Below, piece after piece: positions 13,120 through 24,989 of a stretch of 64,000 bases of DNA. Position numbers and translations under genes: made by a program. Origin of the DNA: Octopus sinensis (Eukaryota); NCBI RefSeq assembly GCF_006345805.1, contig NC_043004.1, positions 31,806,001-31,870,000 of the forward strand, written 5' to 3'. The notes under the pieces are model-generated. The model saw only the letters and a list, made by a program, of their open reading frames with translations. It did no database searches and had not been told where the DNA came from. Every line of letters starts with the position of its first letter. Position 1 is the first letter of the stretch.

Positions 13120-13625
13120 ACAAATGCCACTTATCAAGTATCTGCAGAAAAAGGTTTTGCTCTGAAGGACATTCATACCCACATGGTTGCTTCATTAGGG
13201 GATGACATTCCAACTTCATCAAAAGTGCAAAAGTGAGTGGAAAGGAGAGTTTTCAAGATGTCCCAAGGTCTGTAAATCCTACAGCTGTCATTACTAGAGA
13301 AAACATTGATCGTGTTCACCACATGGTAATGGATGACAGGCAACTGTCATCAAATAGTTGCTGCTGCTAGCATGTCCCGTGACAGAGCTGAGAATATTCG
13401 GCACTATGCACTAAGCATGATGAACGTTTCTGCTACCACTGACGTAAATATTGATTGTGTTTACCACATGGTGATGGATGACATGTGGTTGATTATTGAT
13501 CAAATAACCTATGCTATTAACATATTCTGTGAGAGAGTTGAGAATATTCTGCTCAATGAATTTGGCATGATGAAGGTTTCTGCTCAGTAGCTGCCCTGTC
13601 TTCGGGTACATGGTCAAAAGTACAC
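13120..13625 (+). mobile_element. Degenerate mariner transposase N-terminal fragment with an internal duplication
   Basis: Translates in pieces as ENIDRVHHMVMDD...INIFCERVENILLNEFGMMKVSA, a mariner HTH region leading to the WVP motif. The HHMVMDD block occurs twice. Confidence 0.7.
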
Positions 13626-14397
13626 CGAGATGATCATAATAGAAGTGTGTAGACTGCAAAGGGGATTATGTTGATTATGTTTTGTGGTTGCATTCAATGA
13701 GAATATCTTAGTCTGCCTATGATATTTCAGCCAACCCTTGTATATTATTCTATTTATATTGGTTTCATGTTACTGTTTATTTATATTTTTATACTGACTT
13801 CTGTCACTTTAAAACTATTGTTTCCTTAAATATCGATTTAAATAACTGCAACATATGTTATCAAATTTTGCATAGTAAAAGACTGTTTCTACAATTGTAT
13901 TAAAAAGAGCCAATAGCATGCTGGGTTAGTTTTAACTTTTAAAAAAGTTAGTTTTTTGGGGTTTTTTTTCAAAGAGAAAAACAAGTAACAAGCAGATACT
14001 ATTTTTTTAAGAAGAAATGCTATTTAGAATATAGTGAATACACGTGTGTGTGTGTGTATGATGTGTACACAAAAACACATACACATTTGTTATTGATATA
14101 TATTTATCTCTGGCCAACCTGACATAGCTAAGTAACTAATTGTAACCATCTTCCTACGTATCTCCCTTCATCTTTCTCAAACTACAAAACTTCTACTAAA
14201 CTCATTTTCTCCTTGCCTCTCTCATCACTGTAAATCAACTGAAGCACTCTATTTGTCTCACTACCATATTTCACACTTGTGAAGTACTCTGTGTATTTTT
14301 CTCATCATATGAATCACAAGTTTCCTATCAAACTCTTCCCCTGTATTATATACTTACTTACATTCTGGTAACTCTTGGGTATTTTAATATTTGATTA

Positions 14398-14785
14398 GTG
14401 GAAGCACTCCGTCAGTTACGACGACGAGGGTTCCGGTTGATCCGAATCAACGGAACAGCCTGCTCGTGAAATTAACATGTAAGTGGCTGAGCACTCCACA
14501 GACACGTGTACCCTTAACGTAGTTCTCGAGGAGATTCAGCGTGACACACAGAATGTGACAAGGCTGGCCCTTTGAAATACAGGTACAAGAGAAACAGGAA
14601 GAAAGAGCGAGAGAAAGTTGTGGTGAAAGAGTACAGCAGGGTTCACCACCACCCCCTGCCGGAACCTCGTGGAGCTTTAGGTGTTTTTGCTCAATAAACA
14701 CTCACAATGCCTGGTCTGGGAATCGAAACCGCGATCCTCCGACCACGAGTCCGCTGCCCTAACCACTGGGCCATTGCGCCTCCAC
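14398..14785 (-). mobile_element. tRNA(Arg-like)-derived SINE (family D), copy 1
   Basis: Minus strand gtggaggcgcaatggcccagtggttagggcagcggactcg...ggtttcgattccc (A and B boxes). Flanked by a 43-bp direct repeat. Confidence 0.88.
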
Positions 14786-14993
14786 ATGATATACTACTTA
14801 CATTCTGGTAACTCTTGGGTATTTTAATATTTGATTAAATCACCTGTATTTTATGTTCTGTAAATTAAAAATCTGTTTCTTGTTACTTTTATCTCCCATA
14901 CATTAGCTTCCTGTTTGGGGTTATAAAATATTTCAGTTTTGTTTGATTGCTGACCCCTTTATAAAATTTCGCCAAGACTACCTTTGAAATAAT

Positions 14994-15380
14994 TATGGAA
15001 GCACTCTGTCGGTTACGACGACGAGGGTTCCGGTTGATCCAAATCAACGGAACAGCCTACACGTGAAATTAACGTGTAAGTGGCTGAGCACTCCACAGAC
15101 ACGTGTACCCTTAACGTAGTTCTTGGGGATATTCAGCGTGACACAGAGAGTGACAAGGCCGGCCCTTTGAAATACAGGTACAACAGAAACAGGAAGTAAG
15201 AGTGAGAGAAAGTTGTGGTGAAAGAGTACAGCAGGGATCACCACCATCCCCTGTCGGAGCCTCGTGGAGCTTTAGGTGTTTTCGCTCAATAAATACTCAC
15301 AACGCCCGGTCTGGGAATCGAAACCGCGATCCTACGACCGCGAGTCCGCTGCCCTAACCACTGGGCCATTGCGCCTCCAC
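14994..15380 (-). mobile_element. SINE family D, copy 2
   Basis: Highly similar to 14398-14785. TSD cctttgaaataat at 14981-14993 and 15380-15392. Confidence 0.88.
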
Positions 15381-16250
15381 CTTTGAAATAATACTCACAT
15401 ATTTTCTGCAGACATTTGACCAATAGCAGTTCATCCTGCAGCATAAGTACTGTAAATTCTACCTGGATTGGTGTACTTCCAGAGATAAGGTGTGATTGCT
15501 AATTTTTTTAAAATTCATACCTGGGGGAGCTAGCTAATTACAATAATACTTATAAAACCTGCAGGTTATAATTAAGCAATTTTCAATTTAATCTAAATGT
15601 AAACTCGTCATGATAATTTTTTATACATAAAATAGAATGGATTTTTTACTAATATTAAAAAACAATTTTTAGAAAATGTTCCATTTAGATTCGCAATTCT
15701 CTCCCAAAATAATTTATATAAAATACTTATAAAATAAGCGTTGCATGCAAAAAGTATTGGAACAATTTACGGAATATTGTCTTTTATAAGATTGAAGGCA
15801 AACAGCATTTGTAAATGAATTTACAGAGGGAACTCTGCTTCTATTAAGGTTTTTTTTTAATATTTTTAATAATCACTAGACTTACTACCCAGCACTGCCT
15901 GGTAAAGTATTCACGGAATTGTTTTTTTTTCTTAGCGTGTGGACTATGTATGTGTATATGTCACAGATAGTGGACGTGTGTTTGTGTTGATTGACACATC
16001 ATGACATTCATTATATGTGTGTGTATTCTGTATGTGTGTTGATGTCATGGAAGCCATGTATTTTTTTGTCAAGAAATAACAAAAATTGTGTTTAATCATT
16101 TAAATAGAGGTCCAAATGTCACAAAAATTTGTACTGCACTGCTGAAGGTAAGTATGAAAATAAATTTGCAAAAAAATTAAGATAAATTATACTATTTCTG
16201 AGATATTTCAGTTACACACAAACATCACTAGAGTTTTAGTATTATCAAGC

Positions 16251-16992
16251 TCATCATCATTTAATGTCCGTTGTCCATGTGGGAAGGGTTGGATGATTTG
16301 ACCAGGGCTAGAAGGCTGCACCAAACTCCAGTCTGATTTGGCATGGTTTCTATGGCTGGATGCCATAGAAACCATGCCTTCCTAACTCCAACCACTCCAT
16401 GAGTGTAAGGGATGCTTTTAAATGCCACTGGTACAGGTGCCATTTGTGTGACACCAGTATCTGCCACGTCTGTGATTTGACTTGGCTTGATGGACCTTCT
16501 TCTCAATGCCAAAGGTCTTGGTCGTTTGTCATGCCTCCATGAGGCCCAACGCTCAAAAGGTGCTTTTTATATGCCACCAGCACCGGTGCCAGTTATGTGA
16601 CACCGGCATTGGCCACGACTATGATTTCACTAGGCTTGATGGGTCTTCTCAAGCACAGCATATCACCAAAGGTTTCAGTCACTTGTCATTGCCTCCTTGA
16701 GGCCCAATGTTTGAAGATCATGCTTCACTACCTCATCCCATGTCTTCCTGGGTCTCCCTCTTTCTCCCACAGTTAGAGATCAGCACTTCTTCATACAGCT
16801 GTCTATATCCATATGCATCACATGACCATACCAATGCAGTTGTCTCTCTTGCACACCACATCTGATGCCTCTTATGCCTAACCTTTCTCTCAAGACTTTT
16901 ACACCCTGTCATACATGTACACTGACATTGCACATCCAGTGAAGCATACTGGTTTCATTTCTTTCAAGCCTATACAAGTCCTCAGCTATCAC
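16251..16992 (-). mobile_element. RTE LINE 3' end (C-terminal coding remnant plus 3' UTR)
   Basis: Remnant of the KRETQEDMG / WDEVVKHDL region followed by the 3' UTR and a (GAT)n tail. Confidence 0.8.
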
Positions 16993-17629
16993 AGGTATAT
17001 ACTGAAATAATTTTTTATTTTAGAATAGTTTGCAGCTCTTAGTTACAATGCTTTACAATAGTCTACAGTAACGTCAGAAGTTCAATATTAACAGAGCTTA
17101 GTCTTCCAGATTGAGGGGAGTCTATAAGAAAATAATCCCCTAATGAAACTGGCCAAACCCTCGTTCGCATGTCCAGACACTTAAACCATTTCCATAGACA
17201 AAACAAATATTTCTTTTCACTTCCATTGCTGATGAGGCCTTTTTTGATGCATGCACCATGCAGTGTCTGCTGTGGGTCTGACCTAAACTATTTTTCAAAG
17301 GGTAAAGTTAATACAGATGTAAACATTATGATATAAAGTAATCTGTAAAGGAAAAAGACATTTGAATGTAAAAATAAATGCTTATTTAAGTATAAATATT
17401 GAAAAAGGTACTCTCAAAGCAATCAACTGATCATGTCAGTAATGCATAGGATTTCCTTTCCAATATACAAGACTGACAAGTAAGGTTCATTTAATAAGCC
17501 TATGAAACATTTTTTCCTTTTCTTTTTTTACATCATACAATTCATTGTGCAATGCCGCATATGCAGCTCATTAAATCTTGGTCTATCCACAAACAGCATT
17601 TGTACACATTAACCTTTGGTCATTGATTC

Positions 17630-17950
17630 TGTGCTGATTGGTTGTTCTCCAAGCACCAAGAACAATGTTCCTGCATGCAAACTGCAACTGAAATTCGAAT
17701 GAAAATGGCTGGACACATACTAAGACTGCCAGAGGAAAGGCTTGCTAAAACAGCCATGGACTGGATCCCACTGGCAGGTGAGAGAAAAAGAGGCTGGCCA
17801 AAGAAGACATGGCATAGTACCTTCAAAGACGACCTATGCAGGCTGAACATCACCTGAGAAGAGCATACCAGTTGACCAGAGATGGCGGTAACTGGGGATC
17901 ACTGACTGCCCCCGATGTGCCACTCATAGGCACCAATGGACCTAAGAAGA
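17630..17950 (+). mobile_element. 3' fragment of a second RTE-type LINE family
   Basis: MAGHILRLPEERLAKTAMDWIPLAGERKRGWPKKTWHSTFKDDL matches the RTE C-terminal GH..R....R.P......W motif. Confidence 0.75.
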
Positions 17951-18099
17951 ATATACGTACACACACACACATATATATGTGTACATACATATATCTATAT
18001 ATATGTATATTTGTATGTATACACATACACACACACACATATATATTTGACTCGTATATGAAATATTGTATTTTCACAGAGATTCCATAGAGTTACAAC

Positions 18100-18265
18100 A
18101 TGCCTGAAGTTTACCATAAAGATCCTGCCGGATGTCAAATACTCAGCTATGATTACAATGGATTTTTGGTGCCATCATTTCCAAATGTTCAAGAAAATAT
18201 GGACAGACTTCCAGATATGCCAGTAAGAGATGATGATGTTTTTCTTCTAGGCTATTTTAAAGCTG
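18100..18265 (+). CDS. Cytosolic sulfotransferase (SULT1-like family), coding exon 1
   Basis: ATG at 18100 follows acceptor ttttcacag (18071-79). Reads MPEVYHKD...VRDDDVFLLGYFKAG, the 5'-PSB loop region. Donor gtatgt at 18266, phase 1. Confidence 0.9.
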
Positions 18266-19019
18266 GTATGTATCCTTTTATCACTAAGGTCATTCCCCAG
18301 TCATGTGTATGTTTATCTCTGAGTTCTCTTTTGTCTGCTATTATCTCAGCTCTCAGCTCACTTCTTAAACATTTTTTTATAATATTTCTTTCAAAACTCC
18401 ATTCCCATTGGGCTACATGGTTTCCTTTTCAACAAATAACAAACCTTTCCTGAATCTAAATGAACTTTATCTTCATTAACTTCATTAAGTCTTTTACTGA
18501 AGCCTATTTTGTGGTAAATCTAATTTTTATATTTAATCTAAATGCAGATGTAGATAGATGAAATACTCAGTGTCATGAAACACATATGGTTTCCCCTTGA
18601 ACACATTTGCATTGAGGCCCCCTTGTGAAATTCATCCAAAATGCAATACTAAAAATGCAGCTCATTAAATCTTGGTCTATCAGATAGAGCATATCCACAA
18701 ATAGCATTTGTACACATTAACCTTTGGTCATTGACTCTTTGCTAATCAGTTGATTGCAAGGACACTTTTTAATTAGCTTGTAAACTATCTATGGTATGAC
18801 GTCCAACTAATTGCTTAAAAACACATTACGTGCCCCTAGTGTGTGTGTGTGTTAGTCCCCCTCACCACTGCATGACAACCAATACTGGTTTGTTTACATT
18901 CCTGTAACTTAATGGTTTGACAAAAGAGGCCAATAGAATAAGTGCTGAATTTTAATAAAAATTTAACATGTGCACCTTATGACTAAATGCTAAATATATA
19001 TATATATATATGTAAATGT

Positions 19020-19400
19020 AAGATCCAGGGATTGAAGTGTAGGAAGATAGTTAGCTTCAAGCAATCCATAGTGAATATAAAAAAACAACTTTCAGGAACA
19101 ATAGTGGTATAATAAGATGGAAGGTTGCGACTTTTTTGTCTTTTCTGGAAGAACAATGAGCTGATAAAAAGTTCTTTTTATATTCCTTGGTAGGCAGCCA
19201 GGGTTGCCAAGTGTACAGAAAAGAATACAAGAGTTACAGAATGGAGTATGAGAAATCTGGGCTACATATGTTTTATAGTGGAACCTCGAAAGCAGTAAAA
19301 TCCAAGTGAGGTGTATACCGCCAGCTACTCTTCAGGCCAAGGATACTGGGATTAGATTAAAGGCTACATTGTCACACAGGAGGTACATGTTGAAGCAAAG
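19020..19400 (-). mobile_element. Highly degenerate Penelope-like RT remnant
   Basis: Minus-strand pieces read NPG..., ...NLPSY, FIFTMD and ...YTSIP, in the order expected for PLE RT (NPGRPI...LPSY...FTMD..SLYT.IP). Many stops and frameshifts. Confidence 0.45.
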
Positions 19401-20760
19401 ATTCAATCAGCCTGTGGAGGGCACAATATGTGAGGGGTATACAAATGAGGGGAGAAATAAGTGATAGAAGAAGGGAAGAAAGAAGAGAGAGAAAAATAAA
19501 TATAAATAAATGAATAAAAAGTATAGGGAAATGAGAGAAGGGAAAAATTGGATGGGGTGGGGGGTCAGTGGTAGACAATATAGTAGTTTTAGCCTAATTC
19601 AATACTGGGGGAATTCAATACTTTGAAGAGAAGAGAAATTTTTGGTCATGGGGGACAAAAGAAAGTGTGTATGAATAAAGCTAGGTGGAGTGGGGAGTTG
19701 AAACAGTTTAACAACAAACAAGATGAGGACAAATATCAGTCAAAAAATGAAAAATAAATAGTGTAATAGGTGTAAAACAACATGTAGTAAACAAATATGT
19801 AAAGTAAATGCACGCTGGCAAACAGGAGGGCAAAGAGACACTCAGAAAATTCACATCAGGTGTGTTCCAAGTCCTCTCTCCAATTTTTTATTCATATTTT
19901 TTACTACACATTATTTTACACCTAGTGCACTATTTTTTTTTTTCAATTTTTGTGATGGGAGAGGGTGAGGGGCTCAGATAATTCACATGCTTTTGGAGGG
20001 GTAGTTAATTCTTTGTTAGCACTTTCATTCATTCAGCCAAACTCTTCAAGTTTCTTGAACTTTTATATAAATCGAAAAGCAGATGTTGTTTTGTTTTGTT
20101 TAAAAGAGGAGAAATTTTGTTTTTTGGAGAAAGGTAGGAAGAGAGTAAGATAGGAAAAAGGACAAGTGAGAAAGAGAAATAGAAGCAAAGAGGAGAGACA
20201 CAGAGAAAGAGGTTTCTTTTCAATTATATTGTATTGACATGGTCAACCCATTGAAATTTAATTACAATTCAAGATGTTTTTCTTGATTCAGTCATTGTTT
20301 TAAAAAGTATCTCTTTCTTTTTCTCTCCTCCTCTCTCATTATATACATATTAACATGTTTGTGAATATATACATTAGAATTTTTTTTAAATGATGTATGT
20401 GTGTGGGTATGTTGTTTTGTTTGTTTGTAAGAGGAGAAAGGAGGGGAGAAAGGAGAGAGTAGGTAGAAGAAAGCATGTCTATTCACTCCTCCTTTCCTTC
20501 CTCCTTCTTTCTCCTCTTCTAAACAAGCAAACACACACATTTATACCATTTTTTAAAATTCTTCTGTTTTCTGAAAAAGGAGTATTGTTAGTCTAGGTGG
20601 TGGTAATCTTGATAGTTGTAGTGGAGATGTCACTGTTGTTGTGGTGTTAGTTGTACTGGTGTTGACAATAGTTGTGGTCCTAGTATATACATATTTCTGT
20701 TCTCAAACAATTCAGCTTTGATCAGAGTGAGAAAAGGATTTCACAACAAATTCTGATATA

Positions 20761-21296
20761 CAGTCCTATATTTAAGAGATGAGGAATTATGTACATTATT
20801 TACATTATTTACATTCGACGGATATTTGTCCTCATCTTGCTTGTTTTTAACATGTTTCAGCTGATATACCTTCCAGCCTTCTTCAGGTGTCTTGGGGAAA
20901 TTTCAAACCTAGGTTCTCATTCCTAAGGTATTTTTCGTCGTCGTCGTCGTCATCATCGTCGTTGTTGTTGTTGTTCAGGTCACTGCTTGGAATCTTAGTT
21001 AAGAGCCTGCGCTCTTAACCACTGCGCCACTATGCACTCTTAACCATTATGCCCATGGGCATATGGCGTAGTGGTTAAGAGCACGGGCTACTAACCCCAA
21101 GATTCTGAGTTCGATTCCAAGCAGTGACCTGAACAATAACAATAATAATAATAACATCGAAAAATACCTTAGGAATGAGAACCCAGGTTCGAAATTTCCC
21201 CCAAGACCCCTGAAGAAGGCTGGAGGGCATATCATCCGAAACGTTGTGTTAACAACAAGCTCTGGAGGACAAATATCCATCAAATGTAAATAATGT
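20761..21296. mobile_element. Head-to-head dimer of a tRNA-headed short element with a hammerhead-like core
   Basis: 13-bp TSD aaattctgatata (20748-60, 21297-309). Central palindrome tatgcccatgggcata (21048-63). Both arms carry CTGAAGA...GAAA. Confidence 0.8.
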
Positions 21297-21667
21297 AAAT
21301 TCTGATATAGTTGGAATCTACATTATTAGAAGCATATTTGTAGAAAATTTTATTTAAAGATATCCATTTTTCCTAAAGTTATGAAGAAACAAATTTGCTG
21401 GAGCACTCTTGTGTAAGTATACCCTATCTGTAAAAGAAAACTTAAAGTGAAATAGGTAGTATGTAGATTACTAGAAATAGGAGCCAATACACCACCAACT
21501 TGGCCCCCACCATTCCATTTTTGAAAAATAGATGCACAGTTATCTGCAGAATGATCAAATTAATTGAAATGACACAAAAACCCAAAATATTATCAATTTT
21601 ATTTAGAGTTTTCAGCAGTCAATGAACAAACAAATAAACAAACAAACTTTGTTGTTCGTAAGGATAG

Positions 21668-22040
21668 TGATATAATTCTAAACAAGAAGGGATGCAGTGA
21701 GTAAGTCTTTTTAATACATTCATTTGCAATTGTTTGATCTCATCAATCTTACTATATTATGCAATAATATTTGCAGCTATTGATTCATCAGGTGCAATTG
21801 AAATGATGACCAAATCAGACTCATCAGGAATGCATATAAGTCATGTGCTTTTATATGTAATTATGATAAGTCTGATTTTAGCATGTGCCATTCAATACCA
21901 CTTGCAGAGTAATCAAGAGTGTATGTATTATTGCATAATACAGCAAGATTGATGAGATCAAGTTCAGATGAAACAATTGTAAATGAATGTATTAAAAAGA
22001 CTTGCTCATTCCATTCTTCTTGTTTGTAATTGTAAAATCT
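21668..22040. repeat. Fold-back/MITE-like inverted repeat in SULT intron 1
   Basis: ttgatctcatcaatcttactatattatgcaataata (21734-) vs tattattgcataatacagcaagattgatgagatcaa (-21961). Outer arms aagtctttttaatacattcattt / aaatgaatgtattaaaaagactt. Confidence 0.8.
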
Positions 22041-22170
22041 CTACAGATATTTGTTGATTTTCAGACAGGTGTTTGATAAAACAAACACTCTCTAGATGAT
22101 TGTCTTGTCTGGTAGCTGAGCTTAATAGGGTAAATACCAGGGTTAATACCCAAATGAAATTATTTATATA

Positions 22171-22683
22171 TCTATATATATAAAACTGTAGTTGTGTGAG
22201 TGTCTGTCCCCTTCAATTTAGATTCCTAACTACTCCCACATTTTGTGGTGCAGTTTAACCAAATTCGGGTATCTTATAGTCGTGATTCATATCGAGCCCG
22301 TCTAAGTATTAGCGTGCGTCTACGATGAATCTACGATTTAAAAAATAATTTAACATCATTTTTTATTCCATTTTAATGCATAATTTTTCGTGTGTCGATG
22401 GCGGTGGAGTTGGCGTCCATGGTCACACGTGCACCTGTTTGCTTCTCCCCCTTCTTCCCTCCCTCGTGAAGCTGTGGGGAAGTGAGTGTAAGGAAATCAA
22501 CGTCATAAAGCGTTGTCAAGGAGACCAGCGTTCTTTTAGAACAACGACTTCATGGCTTGAAGACACCAAAACAGAAATGGCTAAGAAAGCCCGAATTGGC
22601 ATCTATAAGGGAAGTAACTCTCTAAAAATGCTTATATAGTTATTTCCCTTACAAACCCGAGCAACGCCGGGCGATACTTATAG
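22171..22683 (+). mobile_element. Non-autonomous Helitron
   Basis: 5' a|TCTATATATATAAAA; 3' hairpin cccgagcaacgccggg followed by a degenerate CTAG end (tatag|t). Confidence 0.8.
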
Positions 22684-23220
22684 TATGTATATATATATAT
22701 ATATATATAAAACTAATAGTGAAGGGTTATGAATTTGGGCAAAATACTTCATAAGCTTTCTGTTGGCACACCTGGCTAACAATATTATTTAAATTAGTGA
22801 AGAACTCCAGGTAATCTTGTGGCAGGGTCCAAGGTTATGGTTCATCACAATTCTATATTGTAAATCTGTGGATGGACTCTAGACAAATTGGTTTTTACAC
22901 AGAGTGATATATAAGAAACAAATTAAAAATAATGGTCATTTCTGTTATAACCAGAAATGGCTCTAATGAAAGTAGCATTAATTTTCTTCAGTCTTTCAAT
23001 TTTCCTCAATTGATTAAAAGACCAATTGAGTAAACCTATCTGTAATGTACCTATAATGACCACTGGAAACAGCCGTAAGCCAAATTTGCTCCAGTAAAGG
23101 AAACATATATAATGGCCATTATTTTTAACTTGTTCCTTATACACACAAACACACACACACACACACATATTTACACACATACAGATACAGAAACACACAT
23201 ATTTATATACAGACAGAAAC

Positions 23221-23252
<32 letters not shown>

Positions 23253-23253
<1 letters not shown>

Positions 23254-23425
23254 TGGCGATTTTTTCATCCGTCTTCCCTTTTCCTATGTTTCTGATGAAG
23301 AGCTCTGCTCAAAATGTAAAACCCTCCTTCCCTTCCTTCCTGAGCGTCCAATAATACTATACTTGTTCCACGTCCTCGCGTTGTTGTGCTTTCTCTTTGT
23401 GTTTTCATGTTTGGATTAACTTTAT
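23253..23425 (+). mobile_element. Short PLE-terminus-like repeat with a hammerhead-like motif
   Basis: gttt-CTGATGA-a-gagc-tct-gctc-aAAA-tgta-aaac at 23288-23322. A second copy lies at 54014-54190. Confidence 0.6.
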
Positions 23426-23431
23426 ATATTA

Positions 23432-23802
23432 CTAGCAGTATCGCCCGGCGTTGCTCGGGTTTGTAAGGGAATAACTATAAAGCATTTTTAGAGAGTTATA
23501 GCCAAAAAATGGAAAAAAAATTATGGTAAATTTTTTTTTTAGTTAAAAAGGTCGAGTTGCGTCCCCTAGACAATCTGTGGTTTGTGTTTCTGATTCTCGA
23601 CCCCATGTCGAATTTATCGATTTTTTTCAAAACTGGGGGAACTTTTCAAAATTTTCGCTGCGTTAGTTTTGAATTATGACATTGGGCTATGTGTGTGTCA
23701 AGTTTCATCAGAATCGGTTGAAAGCCATGGTCAGGGTGAGGGTACAACCTAACAGACACACAGAAACACACACAGACAAACTGCCGTTTATATATAGAGA
23801 GA
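23432..23802 (-). mobile_element. Non-autonomous Helitron (different body, same 3' end as 22171-22683)
   Basis: Minus strand starts tctctctatatataaacgg and ends cccgagcaacgccgggcgatactgCTAG|t. Confidence 0.85.
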
Positions 23803-23939
23803 TATACACTGGCAGTTTCTGTATGTGTTGTTTCCTCTTACAATTACACATGGCTCTTGTAGCTATTATAGTAATATACAACTGTGGCATGATTTAGTAT
23901 TTTCATTCTACTTTTGAGCTTTCAATTTTTCAAACATAG

Positions 23940-24263
23940 GTTGTCACTGGATGTGGGAAATCAGCGGAATGTTACTTAATGGTTCTGCTGAATACAGCTC
24001 ACTTTCAAAGGATATTGCAATGATGGAATATGCAAGCCAAGACCAAATAGACCAGCTTCCATCACCCAGAGTTCTAAACAATCACCTGCTCTTGCATCAT
24101 TTACCAAGAGAGATATTTACCAAAAAATCTAAAATGATTTTCATGACACGCAACCCTCGTGATATTGCTGTTTCTGCCTACCACCATACATTCCAGCTGA
24201 ACTCATTCTACCACTATGATGGAGACTGGAAAGGATTCTTTGAAATGTTTTTAGAAGGCAAAT
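23940..24263 (+). CDS. Sulfotransferase coding exon 2
   Basis: Acceptor catag at 23935-39. Reads GCHWMWEI...LPSPRVLNNHL...RNPRDIAVSAYHH...FFEMFLEGK (catalytic His and 3'-PB motif). Donor gtaagc at 24264, phase 1. Confidence 0.95.
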
Positions 24264-24989
24264 GTAAGCATAATCTTCCTGGTCATTTTTGTGGTTCCTA
24301 AGATAAGCTGTATTTTGTTAATATTCATCCTCCTCCTCTTCACCACCATCATCATCACATCAATTCCTGTTCATCTATTTGTTCTTCATTAATGATGAAC
24401 TGGATAATTTCCTTAATTAGTTAATATCTTTAAATTACAGAATGGGACAGGAAACCTAATTTATTGTTACATTCACGGCAAATAATCCATCTCCCACAAT
24501 TGTCATGCTTCAGTCTAAAGGCACATGCTTGGAGCAGGTCCATTCATTCAGACCATACTTGTCACTATCATCCACTTTTCAACAAATTTGCTGGAAATTA
24601 GTGCCACTCTCTCTATTCTCACTTACCTTTTCAAGAGAAACTTGAAAAAGTTGATGGTTTGGCCAAAGAAGAAGGTGTCTGTCTTCAGCCCTTTCAATCT
24701 GATCCATCACACAACCTCTTTTGTCAAAGCCACAAGACAGATAAACACTGCCTTTCCTTCTCTGCCAAAAGAAGACAAGATGATCCTCACAATGGACTCA
24801 GCTGAAAGCTAGATCCATCCTACATGTGACAGTAGATGTCCATCATGACTCCACAAGTGAATAATGCTCAGACAATGGATTAAATGCAAATCGGTTTTGT
24901 TACTCTGCATACAACTCAGATAGGCCCAGTTGATGGCACTTTCATGCATGAAGAGTTTAATAATAATGATTTCTAATTTAGGAACAAGG

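Noticed and set aside
18266-18453. C-terminal extension of the 117-aa ORF at 18100 (and similar run-ons at 24264 and 32906)
   Set aside because: Read-through into introns past good GT donors; the sulfotransferase motifs continue in the next exons.
21056-21130. Functional tRNA genes here and at the other SINE heads (3690-3759, 8840-8911, 14710-14785)
   Set aside because: No complete cloverleaf with a paired acceptor stem, and each continues into a repeated SINE body.
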